A DNA stretch of 62,684 nt, the filler included, from an uncultured Planctomycetaceae bacterium (GTDB lineage Bacteria > Planctomycetota > Planctomycetia > Planctomycetales > Planctomycetaceae): NCBI GenBank assembly GCA_963976765.1. It is 8 parts of 8 records of this genome, joined end to end, with 100 filler letters (N's around TTAATTAATTAA, not from the genome) between each part and the next. Parts side by side here need not be neighbours in the genome. Positions count along the whole stretch, not along the records: positions 1 to 9,681 come from CAXBME010000070.1; positions 9,782 to 19,273 come from CAXBME010000071.1; 6 more parts are not named here. One strand, 5' to 3'. A program made the translations under genes and the position numbers. The stretch's first letter is position 1; each line of letters begins with the position of its first letter. Of this stretch, positions 1 through 9,884 are shown piece after piece. The notes beneath the pieces were generated by a model. It had not been told where the DNA came from and did not search any database. It was given only the letters and a program-made list of their open reading frames with translations.

Positions 1-1
1 T

Positions 2-54
2 GATTCGACCAACCCGCCGTCACCGGAACTTTCTACACGCCGTGGGACAATATC
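2..54. mobile_element. Terminus of an unidentified repeated element at a contig edge
   Basis: Near-identical reverse complement of 19221-19273 (GATATTGTCCCACG-CGTGTAGAAAGTTCCGGTGACGGCGGGTTG); both copies lie at sequence ends. Confidence 0.6.
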
Positions 55-258
55 CAACCACGGCGCTACGTTCTCTAACGGACGTTACAACTTGGCATAC
101 AATTCGCTATAAGCCACGACGTCACTGACTGAAAGCAGATATGCGGCCATTGGCCAGATCCACACAGCTTGAGCGAATTTACATTCAAGGGATAATTCGG
201 TTTATGCCGACTGGAATACGTGACGTATAAGAACGTCTGCGGAGACTTGGATTCTGAA

Positions 259-831
259 ATGAGACGGTTACCCCATCAAGCAATGGCAATCCTGTTGAGC
301 GGGGCGGTGCTGGCAAGCTCCGTTCTTCCGCCGGCTGTTTGTCATGCGCATTCCAATGGTGAGCCGTCACATTCGCACGGGGAAGACCACAAGCATTCGG
401 ATCCTCTCGAACGTGGTCACGTTCACCGTCACGAAACGCCAACTGATTCCGGTCATACTGACCACGATCACAGCCAAGCCGCGAATGGATTGCTAGAAAG
501 CGTCCGTAAAATCAAGCCGCCGGTCGCTCATTTGCATTTTGCGATCGCCGGATTCGACTTTTCGTTGCCGCTGCCAAGTGACGATGGCGTGACCGGGCCG
601 CTGACTCCTGAATGTTACGACGCGGGATTCTTTGGGATTGTCCGATTGACTGACGACACAATCACTGTATCGCAGGTTGATTTGTCCGCAGTCGTCGATG
701 TATCGATTGCGATAGCTGTGACGCTAGGTGTTTCAGTCGGGGCGGCTCGATGGAATCACGTCCGTACTGCGGATCGCTCTTTCTTATGTGACAGTGCGCG
801 ATGTGAACGGTCTGGTGTGCTGCTGATCTAG
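259..831 (+). CDS. His-rich exported hypothetical protein upstream of the metal efflux genes
   Basis: Signal-like N-terminus, CHAH motif, His-rich segment, C-terminal LCDSARCERSGVLLI; start taken at ATG 259. Confidence 0.65.
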   Translation: MRRLPHQAMAILLSGAVLASSVLPPAVCHAHSNGEPSHSHGEDHKHSDPLERGHVHRHETPTDSGHTDHDHSQAANGLLESVRKIKPPVAHLHFAIAGFDFSLPLPSDDGVTGPLTPECYDAGFFGIVRLTDDTITVSQVDLSAVVDVSIAIAVTLGVSVGAARWNHVRTADRSFLCDSARCERSGVLLI

Positions 832-1051
832 ACCGGCGACTGTCCTGCTTCCTGGAACCTGTTCGCGCCTTCTGATGCGCGACGCTCTCTTGTTTCCGGT
901 GACACCTTCCACAGTCGCAACGACACCGTCGAAATATCGGTTCGGGTTGCGCTGAGTCGGGGCGCCGCAAGACTCGGGGACGTCGGCCACTGACGTCGAC
1001 GCGATGCCTCTCTTCCGCTTTGAACTCAATCGCTGCGTCGAAGGTGACCTC

Positions 1052-2464
1052 ATGCGCATCCCGAAATCAATTCGTATCCTGAGTGGAATGGCTGTTGCGG
1101 CCGCACTTGGTACTGCTGCGTTTTTCACTCGCGAACAATGGATGCCGCTCCTTGTTCGGAATTCCGCCGAGGCCGCTCCGGAAGAAAACGCTGCACCGCC
1201 AGTCGAAGAACCCAAGGTACTCAAGCTGAGTCCGCAGGCTCGTATGAATCTGAGGCTGGTGTCGAAGCCGGCAAAACCGCAGACCTATTGGAAGAAGATT
1301 CAGATTCCCGGAGAAATCGTTGATCGACCGGGACGATCAGACCGCGGGGTCACGTCGCCTGCTGTCGGAGTCGTCACGCAGATTCATGCGTTTCCCGGAG
1401 ACACCGTCAAAACGGGCGATCGTCTCTTCACATTGCGGCTCTTCAGTGAGTATCTGCAGAACACGCAGAAGGAACTCTTCGCAGTTACGCGGGAGACAGA
1501 ACTGGTCAACGAGGAACTGAAACGACTTCAACCACTGGTGAGTACTGGGAGTATTGCCAAGTCGAAAATCATCGATCTGAACAATCAACTGCGGAGACAC
1601 GCGGCAAAAATCGAGGCTCATCAACAGGACCTCCTGACGCGAGGCTTGAATCCTGACCAGATCGCCAGCGTAGCCGCTGGTAAGTTTGTGTCAGATGTAG
1701 ATGTCGTTGCTCCACCACCTGTCGATGCCCCGGAAAAGACCACTTCAGTTCAGCCGACAGCGTTCCAGCTCGTGCAGGGTGAGACTGTCGAACTGGCTTA
1801 CGAAGTTCAGGAGTTGGCGGCGGAACTTGGTCAGCAGGTACAGGCCGGGCAACTGCTTTCGACACTGGCCAATCATCGATCGCTCTATGTCGAAGGCCAT
1901 GCATTCAAGCGTGACGCTCCGGCTTTGGAGAGCGCGGCACAAGCTAGTTGGGACATCGCCGTCGAGTTTGCGGAAGACAACGCCGATCACTGGCCGGCTC
2001 TGGAGCAGCAATTTCGGATTCGGCATCTTTCCAACTCGATCGACACCAGTAGCCGCACGTTCGATTTTTTCATCCCGCTGACGAACCAGTCTCGCGATTA
2101 CCAGCAGGACGGTCAGACATTCATCGTCTGGCGATTCCGGCCCGGACAGCGAGTTCGTCTGCACGTCCCGGTCGAGAAGCTGGACGACGTAATCGTGCTG
2201 CCGTCTGAAGCGGTCGTGCGTGAAGGCCCGGAAGCGTACGTCTTCCGGCAGAACGGTGACCTTTTCAATCGTATCCCTGTGCAGGTCCTGCACGAGGACC
2301 GGTTGAACATCGTGCTGGCCAACGATGGCAGCATGAAGCCGGGGCTGTACTTCGCTCAGAACGCAGCCGCTTCGCTGAATCGAGTTCTCAAAGCACAGGC
2401 GGCCAGCGGTATGCGAGCCGACGTCCACGTTCACGCGGACGGCACCGTCCACGCGTCTCACTGA
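1052..2464 (+). CDS. czcB: Heavy-metal RND efflux periplasmic adaptor (CzcB/CusB-like)
   Basis: N-terminal anchor, lipoyl-like PGDTVKTGD motif, coiled-coil hairpin, C-terminal HVHADGTVH; directly upstream of the RND permease. Confidence 0.85.
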   Translation: MRIPKSIRILSGMAVAAALGTAAFFTREQWMPLLVRNSAEAAPEENAAPPVEEPKVLKLSPQARMNLRLVSKPAKPQTYWKKIQIPGEIVDRPGRSDRGVTSPAVGVVTQIHAFPGDTVKTGDRLFTLRLFSEYLQNTQKELFAVTRETELVNEELKRLQPLVSTGSIAKSKIIDLNNQLRRHAAKIEAHQQDLLTRGLNPDQIASVAAGKFVSDVDVVAPPPVDAPEKTTSVQPTAFQLVQGETVELAYEVQELAAELGQQVQAGQLLSTLANHRSLYVEGHAFKRDAPALESAAQASWDIAVEFAEDNADHWPALEQQFRIRHLSNSIDTSSRTFDFFIPLTNQSRDYQQDGQTFIVWRFRPGQRVRLHVPVEKLDDVIVLPSEAVVREGPEAYVFRQNGDLFNRIPVQVLHEDRLNIVLANDGSMKPGLYFAQNAAASLNRVLKAQAASGMRADVHVHADGTVHASH

Positions 2465-2475
2465 GGAAGGCTCAC

Positions 2476-5400
2476 ATGCTTAACGCAGTTATCAGATTTG
2501 CTCTTCGATACCGGATGCTGGTTGTCGTCATCAGCGTGGCGCTGATGGTTTACGGGTCGTTCCTCGCCACGCAGATGCCGATCGACGTGTTTCCCGACCT
2601 CGACCGCCCCCGCGTCATCATCATCACCGAATGTCCCGGACTGGCGACGGAAGAAGTCGAGACGTTGGTCACTCAGCCGATCGAGATCGCCTTGCTGGGA
2701 GCCAGCGGTGTGCAGGCTGTTCGCAGCCAATCCACGGCCGGACTGAATGTGATTTACATCGAGTTCGACTGGGACACGGAAATCAAGACGGCTCGCCAGA
2801 CGGTTCAGGAGCGACTGGTGACGCTGGGCGGAATCCTGCCCGAAGGCATCCTGCCGCAGATGACGCCTCCGGCTTCGATCATGGGGCAGATCGTTGTTGC
2901 TGGCATCTATCGACAACAGGGACCGAACGGCGGCGAGCTGTACCCGATCGGCAACACTGAGCTGATGGCCGAAATGGTCACACAGGACGGTCAGTCGCCG
3001 AAATTATTCGTGTGGGAACCTGTTGACCGACACAGCGTCGAAACCTGGAAGTCGGTGACGCTGGACGAAGTCGTCTGGCATCCCGGTCGAGAGTTGGACG
3101 CATCCGACCCCAGCAGCGGCGATCGAGCAACCACAATCAACGTTCAGGGGACACAGCACGAACTCGCGATGCCGTCCACGGCGTCACGACAACTTTCGTT
3201 GCGGACGACGGCGGACTGGGTCATTCGGCCTCGTGTCCTCAAAGTCACGGGAGTGGCTGAGGTGTTCATCCTTGGCGGTGACAAGAAACAGTATCAGGTC
3301 CGCATCGATCCGACGGCTCTGCTGGAATACGGCGTGACGCTGCAGGATGTCGAGCAGGCACTGAAAGAAAGCAACATCAACACCAGCGGCGGCTTCGCCG
3401 TGAAAGGCGAGACCGAACGGCCGATTCGAGTGCTCGGTCGACTGGGACCGGAACCGTATCGCGTGCTGGAAGATCTGCGGAACGTTCCGGTTAAAGCCAA
3501 TCAGGAGAGAACCGTCCTGCTCAGCGAAGTCGCTCATGTGGTCGAAGGAGCCCAGTTCAAACGCGGTGACGGCAGCGTCAACGGTCGACCGGGCGTTGTC
3601 TTCACGATTGTGAAGCAGCCGCACGTCGATACCCGCGATCTGACCGAGCGGCTGGAAAAGGCGCTGCAGGAAGCGGAGGACTCGCTGCCTGCGGACATCG
3701 TGATCAACTCGCAACTGTTCCAGCTTCGCAACTTCATCGACCGTGGCATCTTCAACGTCGGCGAGGCTTTGGTCATCGGAGCCGTACTGGTTGTGATCGT
3801 CCTGTTTCTGTTTCTGCTGAACTTCCGCACGACGTTCATCACGCTGACGGCGATCCCGCTGTCTCTGGTGATCACGACGCTGGTGTTTCGCGTGATGGGC
3901 TATATCACCGGCACCGAACTTTCGATCAACGTTATGACGCTTGGCGGTCTGGCTGTGGCAATGGGCGAGTTGGTCGATGATGCCATCGTCGATGTCGAGA
4001 ACATTTTTCGCCGACTGAGGAATTGGCGATTGTCGATTGATGATTGTCGATTGCACGGCGATGACGCGTCCGAGCAATCGAAAATCGAAAATCAAAAATC
4101 GTCAATGCAAGTGGTCTATGAGGCGAGCAAAGAAATCCGCAGTGCCATCGTGTTTGGGACGGCGGTTGTGATTCTTGTCTTCCTGCCGCTTTTCGCACTA
4201 TCGGGAGTTGAAGGCCGACTATTCGCTCCGCTGGGCGTCGCGTACATCGTGTCGATTCTGGCATCGCTGCTGGTGTCGCTGACCGTGACGCCCGTGTTGT
4301 CGTACTACTTACTACCACAGTCCAAAGCGACGCACGCTGAGCATGACGGACTACTACTTCGATCCATGAAGTGGATCGCCAGTTATCTGGTTCGCCTCAG
4401 CATGGCCATTCCCACAACGCTCTTGTTGCTGACGTGGTTGCTCGTTGCGTTTGCCGGCTGGGAAATGTCGCAACTCGGTCGCAACTTCCTGCCGGAGTTC
4501 GACGAAGGCAGCGTCCAGATCAACGTGACGCTGCCGCCGAGTTCTTCGCTCGAAGCGTCTAACCAGACGTCCGGGTTGATCGACGCTCGACTCCGCGAAA
4601 TGCAGAAGTCACCGAAGAACCCGGACGGCGAGATACTGTTCTTCGTCCGCCGAACAGGACGCGCGGAAATGGACGAACACGCGTCGCCCGTTAACGCGGG
4701 CGAGTACATCCTGAGCATGAATCCGGACAGCGGTCGGCATCGCGACGAGATACTCGACGAACTACTGGAAAAACTTGGCGAGGAAGTCCCCGGTATCGAT
4801 GTGGAAGTCGAACAGCCACTGGCTCACCTCATCAGTCACATGGTGTCCGGTGTCTACGCGCAGATCGCCATCAAGATTCATGGCGACGATCTCGACACGC
4901 TTCGCCAACTCGCCGAGCGCGTGAAGTCGACGGTGCAGAACATTGACGGCGTCACACCGCCGGTGATCGAACCGATCCAGCAGACGGAAGAACTGCACAT
5001 CAAACTGCGATCGAGTGACCTCGCGTTTCATGGCGTCACACGGGCGTACGTCGCGAACATCCTGCAGACCGCGTTGCAGGGCGAAGTCATCTCACAGGTA
5101 CTGGAAGGTCAGCGAAAGTTCGACCTGCTCGTTCGACTGGAAGAAGAGTACCGCACGGACTACGCCAATCTGGGTCGTTTGCGGATCGACCTGCCAGACG
5201 ACTGGGGACAGATCGAGCTGAGCGAACTGGCGGACATCGGACGTGGCTCCGGCCCGAACGCCGTGAACCGCGAGAACGCCCGCCGCCGCATGGTCATTCG
5301 CTGCAACACGCAGGACCGCGATCTGGCCAGCACCGTCGCCGAAATCGAGCGACGCGTGCAGAGTCAGGTCGAACTGCCGGAAGGTTACTTCATCGAGTAC

Positions 5401-5979
5401 GGCGGACAGTTCGAGAGCCAGCAGCGGGCCACTCGAACAATCGTCGTGCTGGCAGGTGTCTCGGTCATTGGCATGTTTGTCGTACTGACAATCCTGTTCC
5501 CATCCGTGCGAGTCGTCCTGCAGATTCTCAACGCACTTCCGACCGCGTTTATCGGCGGTGTGCTCGCACTGGTCATCACGAACCAGTCGCTGACGGTCGC
5601 CAGTCTGGTCGGCTTCATTTCGCTCGGTGGCATCGCGGTAAGGAACGGCATCCTGCTGGTCACTCACTACTTCCATCTGATGAAGGAAGAGGGCGAAGAA
5701 TTCTCGCGCGACATGATCATGCGCGGCAGTCTGGAACGACTGGCTCCCGTGTTGATGACAGCTCTCACCGCCGGCATCGGTCTGATCCCGCTTGTCCTTG
5801 GCGGACAGGAACCCGGTCGCGAAATCCTCTACCCGGTCGCCACGGTCATTCTCGGTGGACTGTTCACCTCGACGTTCTGCGAGTTCCTGATTCACCCCGG
5901 CATCTTCTGGAAATACAGCGGCAAGGACGCTGCGAGACTCGCGAAGCTCGATGACTCAAACGAGGAGCTGATCCCGTGA
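2476..5979 (+). CDS. czcA: Heavy-metal RND efflux permease (CzcA/CusA family)
   Basis: IDVFPDL, GELVDDAIVDVEN, EGRLFAPLG and ERLAPVLMTA motifs typical of HME-RND. Confidence 0.93.
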   Translation: MLNAVIRFALRYRMLVVVISVALMVYGSFLATQMPIDVFPDLDRPRVIIITECPGLATEEVETLVTQPIEIALLGASGVQAVRSQSTAGLNVIYIEFDWDTEIKTARQTVQERLVTLGGILPEGILPQMTPPASIMGQIVVAGIYRQQGPNGGELYPIGNTELMAEMVTQDGQSPKLFVWEPVDRHSVETWKSVTLDEVVWHPGRELDASDPSSGDRATTINVQGTQHELAMPSTASRQLSLRTTADWVIRPRVLKVTGVAEVFILGGDKKQYQVRIDPTALLEYGVTLQDVEQALKESNINTSGGFAVKGETERPIRVLGRLGPEPYRVLEDLRNVPVKANQERTVLLSEVAHVVEGAQFKRGDGSVNGRPGVVFTIVKQPHVDTRDLTERLEKALQEAEDSLPADIVINSQLFQLRNFIDRGIFNVGEALVIGAVLVVIVLFLFLLNFRTTFITLTAIPLSLVITTLVFRVMGYITGTELSINVMTLGGLAVAMGELVDDAIVDVENIFRRLRNWRLSIDDCRLHGDDASEQSKIENQKSSMQVVYEASKEIRSAIVFGTAVVILVFLPLFALSGVEGRLFAPLGVAYIVSILASLLVSLTVTPVLSYYLLPQSKATHAEHDGLLLRSMKWIASYLVRLSMAIPTTLLLLTWLLVAFAGWEMSQLGRNFLPEFDEGSVQINVTLPPSSSLEASNQTSGLIDARLREMQKSPKNPDGEILFFVRRTGRAEMDEHASPVNAGEYILSMNPDSGRHRDEILDELLEKLGEEVPGIDVEVEQPLAHLISHMVSGVYAQIAIKIHGDDLDTLRQLAERVKSTVQNIDGVTPPVIEPIQQTEELHIKLRSSDLAFHGVTRAYVANILQTALQGEVISQVLEGQRKFDLLVRLEEEYRTDYANLGRLRIDLPDDWGQIELSELADIGRGSGPNAVNRENARRRMVIRCNTQDRDLASTVAEIERRVQSQVELPEGYFIEYGGQFESQQRATRTIVVLAGVSVIGMFVVLTILFPSVRVVLQILNALPTAFIGGVLALVITNQSLTVASLVGFISLGGIAVRNGILLVTHYFHLMKEEGEEFSRDMIMRGSLERLAPVLMTALTAGIGLIPLVLGGQEPGREILYPVATVILGGLFTSTFCEFLIHPGIFWKYSGKDAARLAKLDDSNEELIP
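4022..4106. repeat. Inverted heptamer-repeat element inserted in frame in czcA
   Basis: ATTGGCG-ATTGTCG-ATTGATG-ATTGTCG-ATTG faces CAATCGA-AAATCGA-AAATCAA-AAATCGT-CAAT. Confidence 0.8.
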
Positions 5980-6092
5980 TGAACCTCTGATCGAAACTCA
6001 TTTTCCATTCCGTGATGACGTGTCGTCTCACGGACGTTCACAACCGGTCGCTGCATCGTCGCAGTGCCATCCACTTTTCTGGAGCATCCCTG

Positions 6093-7007
6093 ATGAAAAC
6101 TTCTCTCAACCTGCTGGCTGCATTTGTGGCGACGTCCGCCCTGAGCTTACTTTCCGGATGCGGCGGACCGAATGAACCCGCTCCGTCCGCTCCAGCGACC
6201 CAGCCTGCTGCTGCTCAGACCGAAGAAGACGACCACGGCCATCCGCATCCGCAGGGTGGCCACGGAGCTGGCCCGCATGATGGCACGCTGGCCGACTGGG
6301 GTGGCGGTGCTTACCACGTCGAGTTCACCGTCGATCACGACAAGAAAGAAGCTGTGGTCTACATCCTGGGCAGCGACGAAGAAACTGCTGAACCGATCAA
6401 GGCGACGACGGTCCTGCTGAGTATCACCAGTCCTGAATTCCAGGTCGAACTGACGGCCTTGCCTCTCGAAGGCGAAGCCGACGGCCTGTGTTCACGATTT
6501 GTGGGAACGCACGACAGCCTTGGGATCGTGCGGGAGTTTCAGGGCACAATCAGTGGAGACATTGACGGCACGCCGTATGTCGGCGAGTTCAGCGAAGAAG
6601 CGCACGGTGCGGGCGGTCACTCGCATGGCCATTCCCACGGCGACGATGACGCTCTGGTCTGGGAAGGCAATCCCGTCGAGCACGCCGGAACGACGCTTCT
6701 TCTTGGTCATCACGGCAAAACACTGCACGCGGGCAAAGAAGTTGAACCGGCTGTTTCGATCACTCGCGACGGCAAACCGGTGACCGACGCCAGGGTCTTC
6801 AACTCGCTCGTGAGTGCGGACGGCAAGACCGTGCTGGCGAAAGAAGTGCCCACCATCTTCGAGCCCACGACCGAAGACGAACCGGCCCACTACGCACAGG
6901 GAGCATTGGCAATCCCGAAGGACGTCAAGAAAGTCGCTATCCGCTTCCGAGTCGTTCTGGCGGGCGAAGAAGCGAAGACGTTCGATGTCCCAATCTCTGT
7001 GGAGTAA
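6093..7007 (+). CDS. His-rich lipoprotein, probable metal-binding accessory protein
   Basis: Lipobox LLSGC; HGHPH, GPHDG and HSHGHSHG motifs. Confidence 0.8.
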   Translation: MKTSLNLLAAFVATSALSLLSGCGGPNEPAPSAPATQPAAAQTEEDDHGHPHPQGGHGAGPHDGTLADWGGGAYHVEFTVDHDKKEAVVYILGSDEETAEPIKATTVLLSITSPEFQVELTALPLEGEADGLCSRFVGTHDSLGIVREFQGTISGDIDGTPYVGEFSEEAHGAGGHSHGHSHGDDDALVWEGNPVEHAGTTLLLGHHGKTLHAGKEVEPAVSITRDGKPVTDARVFNSLVSADGKTVLAKEVPTIFEPTTEDEPAHYAQGALAIPKDVKKVAIRFRVVLAGEEAKTFDVPISVE

Positions 7008-7013
7008 TTCGCC

Positions 7014-7358
7014 ATGTGGTGGAGAGCAGTTATAGCCGGTCTTGTTGTGGCGGGCGTTTCGGAACTGGCGGATCGCTTTCCGCGACTCGGAGCCCTGTTG
7101 CTGACGTTACCCATCGTCAGCATCGTGGCCTTCATCGCTGTTTGGCAGAAAGAGCAGGACACCAGCACGATCTCTCGCCTCGCCCGCGAGACGCTCGTGC
7201 TGGTCCCACTCGGACTTCCATTCTTTGTACCACTCGCATTCTCACAACGACTTGGCCTCGGCTTCTGGGGTGCCTTCGCAACAGGTTTGGTCTTGGCCTC
7301 GATAACGATCGGGTTGTGGTTCTGGCTGGGACCACAAGCGTCAGCGTCAAATCGTTGA
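7014..7358 (+). CDS. Small four-TM membrane protein (DUF3147-like)
   Basis: VSELADRFPRLGALLLTLPIVS pattern; hydrophobic segments. Confidence 0.7.
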   Translation: MWWRAVIAGLVVAGVSELADRFPRLGALLLTLPIVSIVAFIAVWQKEQDTSTISRLARETLVLVPLGLPFFVPLAFSQRLGLGFWGAFATGLVLASITIGLWFWLGPQASASNR

Positions 7359-7517
7359 ACAAACGGGGGACAGCGAGTCAGCCGAAGGCAGATTCAGACT
7401 TGAGAGAATCCGTGGCCCGGCAGCAAAAATGTCGGGATTCTCGTGAAGTTCACACGAACCCGCTCACAGGATGTTCGGCGGACGTCAACAAAAACATAAG
7501 CACTGGCAAGGAGGTCA

Positions 7518-8924
7518 ATGGTGATGCGACACGAAACAATGTTGATTGTGGCAACAGGTTTATTACTAAGCGGTTGCGCCGGGTCGCAGGTCACGAAGCG
7601 ACCTGCGACCGCAGAGACACACACAGTTGCACGAGCGACGACGACCGGAGCAGTCGATGGCGTGTCTGAGGGCGCCGGAAAAAGTGAACCGGTAATCGAA
7701 CAGGTTGCGATGTGGCAGCCAGCATCAACTGTAAGCACACCTGCTCCGCTTCCCTCTGCTGATGGTGAGACGCAAACGCTGGACTCGCTCGAACGACTCG
7801 CACTGTCCAACAATCCAACACTGGTCCAATTGCAGGCACGAGTCGATGCCGCCAACGGCCGCTGGGTGCAGGTCGGACTGTATCCTAATCCAGAGATCGC
7901 TTATTCCGCCCCAGAAATCGGTAACTCAGGAACTCCCGGACAGCAGGGCGCGTATCTGCAGCAGGAATTTGTGACCGCCGACAAACTGAGTCTGAACCGC
8001 AACGCAGCAACATGGGATGTGAAGCGGTCTGAACAGGAACTGGCCGCTCAGCGTCTGCGTGTGCTGACCGATGTCCGTCGTGGTTTCTACTCGGTGCGGA
8101 TTGCTCAGGAGCGAGTCAATATCGCGGTGGAACTGCAAAGCATCGCGCAGGCGGCCGTCGAGAAAGCGAAAGAACTCGTCAAACTGCAGGAGCCGCAAAC
8201 TGTTCTCACGCAGGCAGAGATCGAAGCGGAACTCGCCGACGTGCTTGTTGAGAATTCGCAAGCTCAGCTTGATGGCCAGTGGCGAAATCTCGCGGCAGTG
8301 ATCGGTCGACCGGAGATGCCGGTACAGGGTGTTGCTGGCGACCTGACGTCCGATGGCCCGCAACTGGTGTGGGAGCAGACGCTCGATCGAATTCACCGCG
8401 AGAGTCCAGAACTGGCTGCTGCGGCGGCCGAGGTCGAGCAGGCGCGGTGGGCGTTGCAGGTTGCGTCGGTGCAGGCTGTCCCTAACGTGACGGTCCAAGC
8501 TGGAGCGATGTACGACTACGGCACGCGCGACCCGATCGCCACATTGCAGATTCAACTTCCCATCCCGATTTACGACCGTAATCAGGGCGGTATCGCCGAA
8601 GCCCACTCCAATGTCCTCGCCGCCGAGAAATCTGTGCAGCGAATGCAGCTCAGCCTGCAACAGCGACTGGCTGCGGTGTACCAGCAATACGAGCAGGCCC
8701 GCCAGCAGGCCGTCCGCTACGACGGTACGATCCTGAAGAAAGCAAAGACAAACCTCGACCTCAACCGCCAAGCCTTCGAGGCCGGCGAATCAGCTTATCT
8801 CGCAGTCCTGACGGCCCAGCGATCGTACTCACAGGCTCGTCTGACATGGCTCAACGCTGTGGAGCAACTCTGGTCAGCCACCGTGCAGATGGAAGGCCTG
8901 TTGCTGAGCGACAGCCTTGATTGA
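7518..8924 (+). CDS. czcC: TolC-family outer-membrane factor (CzcC-like)
   Basis: Lipobox LSGC, ALSNNPTL, GLYPNP, PIPIYDRNQG and VLTAQR motifs. Confidence 0.88.
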   Translation: MVMRHETMLIVATGLLLSGCAGSQVTKRPATAETHTVARATTTGAVDGVSEGAGKSEPVIEQVAMWQPASTVSTPAPLPSADGETQTLDSLERLALSNNPTLVQLQARVDAANGRWVQVGLYPNPEIAYSAPEIGNSGTPGQQGAYLQQEFVTADKLSLNRNAATWDVKRSEQELAAQRLRVLTDVRRGFYSVRIAQERVNIAVELQSIAQAAVEKAKELVKLQEPQTVLTQAEIEAELADVLVENSQAQLDGQWRNLAAVIGRPEMPVQGVAGDLTSDGPQLVWEQTLDRIHRESPELAAAAAEVEQARWALQVASVQAVPNVTVQAGAMYDYGTRDPIATLQIQLPIPIYDRNQGGIAEAHSNVLAAEKSVQRMQLSLQQRLAAVYQQYEQARQQAVRYDGTILKKAKTNLDLNRQAFEAGESAYLAVLTAQRSYSQARLTWLNAVEQLWSATVQMEGLLLSDSLD

Positions 8925-9152
8925 GCTGTTTTGTCATCTGTATTTCGGTCGCTTCATTAGTAAACATCAGAGGTTGAATCCGACAAGCGTCAGCGTCAAA
9001 CGCGAATTGAATGCGATGGAATGGTTCTCAGGCTCATTCTTTGTCTGGAATAAAAAGGCTGAGGTGGCCTACTGTCGCAAACTCACTCAACGGTAACGAC
9101 TGATCCAGCAGTGGGTGGCTTGCCCTATCAACGTCAACGTAGCTCTCGAAGG

Positions 9153-9608
9153 TCAACGAATCTGATTGTGTCTAGCGGCCTCCTCAGCATCCTTGCCAGT
9201 GTAAGTGATGTACTCTTGAGTGATGCGTAAACCCGAATGTCCAAGCCAGGCCTGCATATGCTCAACCTTCGCACCGTGTTTCAGGGCTTTCATGGCCGCT
9301 GTCTTGCAAAGACTGTGGACACCTACTGCACGTCGACCAAGGCGATCAACATCAATGTTCATGCTTCGAGCATACTTCTTCACCAGTTGCAGAATATCCC
9401 GACCGAAGATGGGGCGATCCGTGACACTACTTCGGCTTCTCTCAATTGCAGGAAAGAGAGGGCTCGTTGGAGCGTCTCGCAAGTTGCCGACGTTAAGCCA
9501 TCTGAGTACCGGACCAGCGGCTTCAAGCAAAGGCAGGCGGCGTTCCCTTCCGTCTCTTATCTTTAACAGCGATATACCACTCGGTATCTGTGTGTTCGAG
9601 GTCGCCAA
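9153..9608 (-). pseudogene. C-terminal fragment of a tyrosine recombinase (Xer/integrase)
   Basis: VHSLCKTAA (HxxR Arg replaced), QAWLGHS...TQEY; no N-terminal domain. Confidence 0.75.
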
Positions 9609-9681
9609 CCCGAGTGGAGTGCCCCCGATTTCTGTACCACGGCTTATGAGAGTTCGGGTTGGGTAAGGGGTTGAGTCTTTG

Positions 9682-9781
9682 NNNNNNNNNNNNNNNNNNN
9701 NNNNNNNNNNNNNNNNNNNNNNNNNTTAATTAATTAANNNNNNNNNNNNNNNNNNNNNNNNNNNNNNNNNNNNNNNNNNNN
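9682..9781. other. Artificial contig linker
   Basis: N-run containing TTAATTAATTAA; the same linker occurs at 19274-19373, 27769-27868, 36114-36213, 44340-44439, 50890-50989 and 56976-57075. Confidence 0.97.
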
Positions 9782-9884
9782 CCCTGAACTCCGACCGACT
9801 CAGTCGGCAATTTCCTCAGACCGTTACACGACGCACTCTCCCAAACCATCCGGCACGTCAGACGATGTCACACGTTACATCGCC

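Noticed and set aside
9153..9608. Tyrosine recombinase as the integron integrase for the attC array
   Set aside because: It is on a different contig, truncated, lacks the catalytic Arg of HxxR, and shows no IntI-specific insertion.
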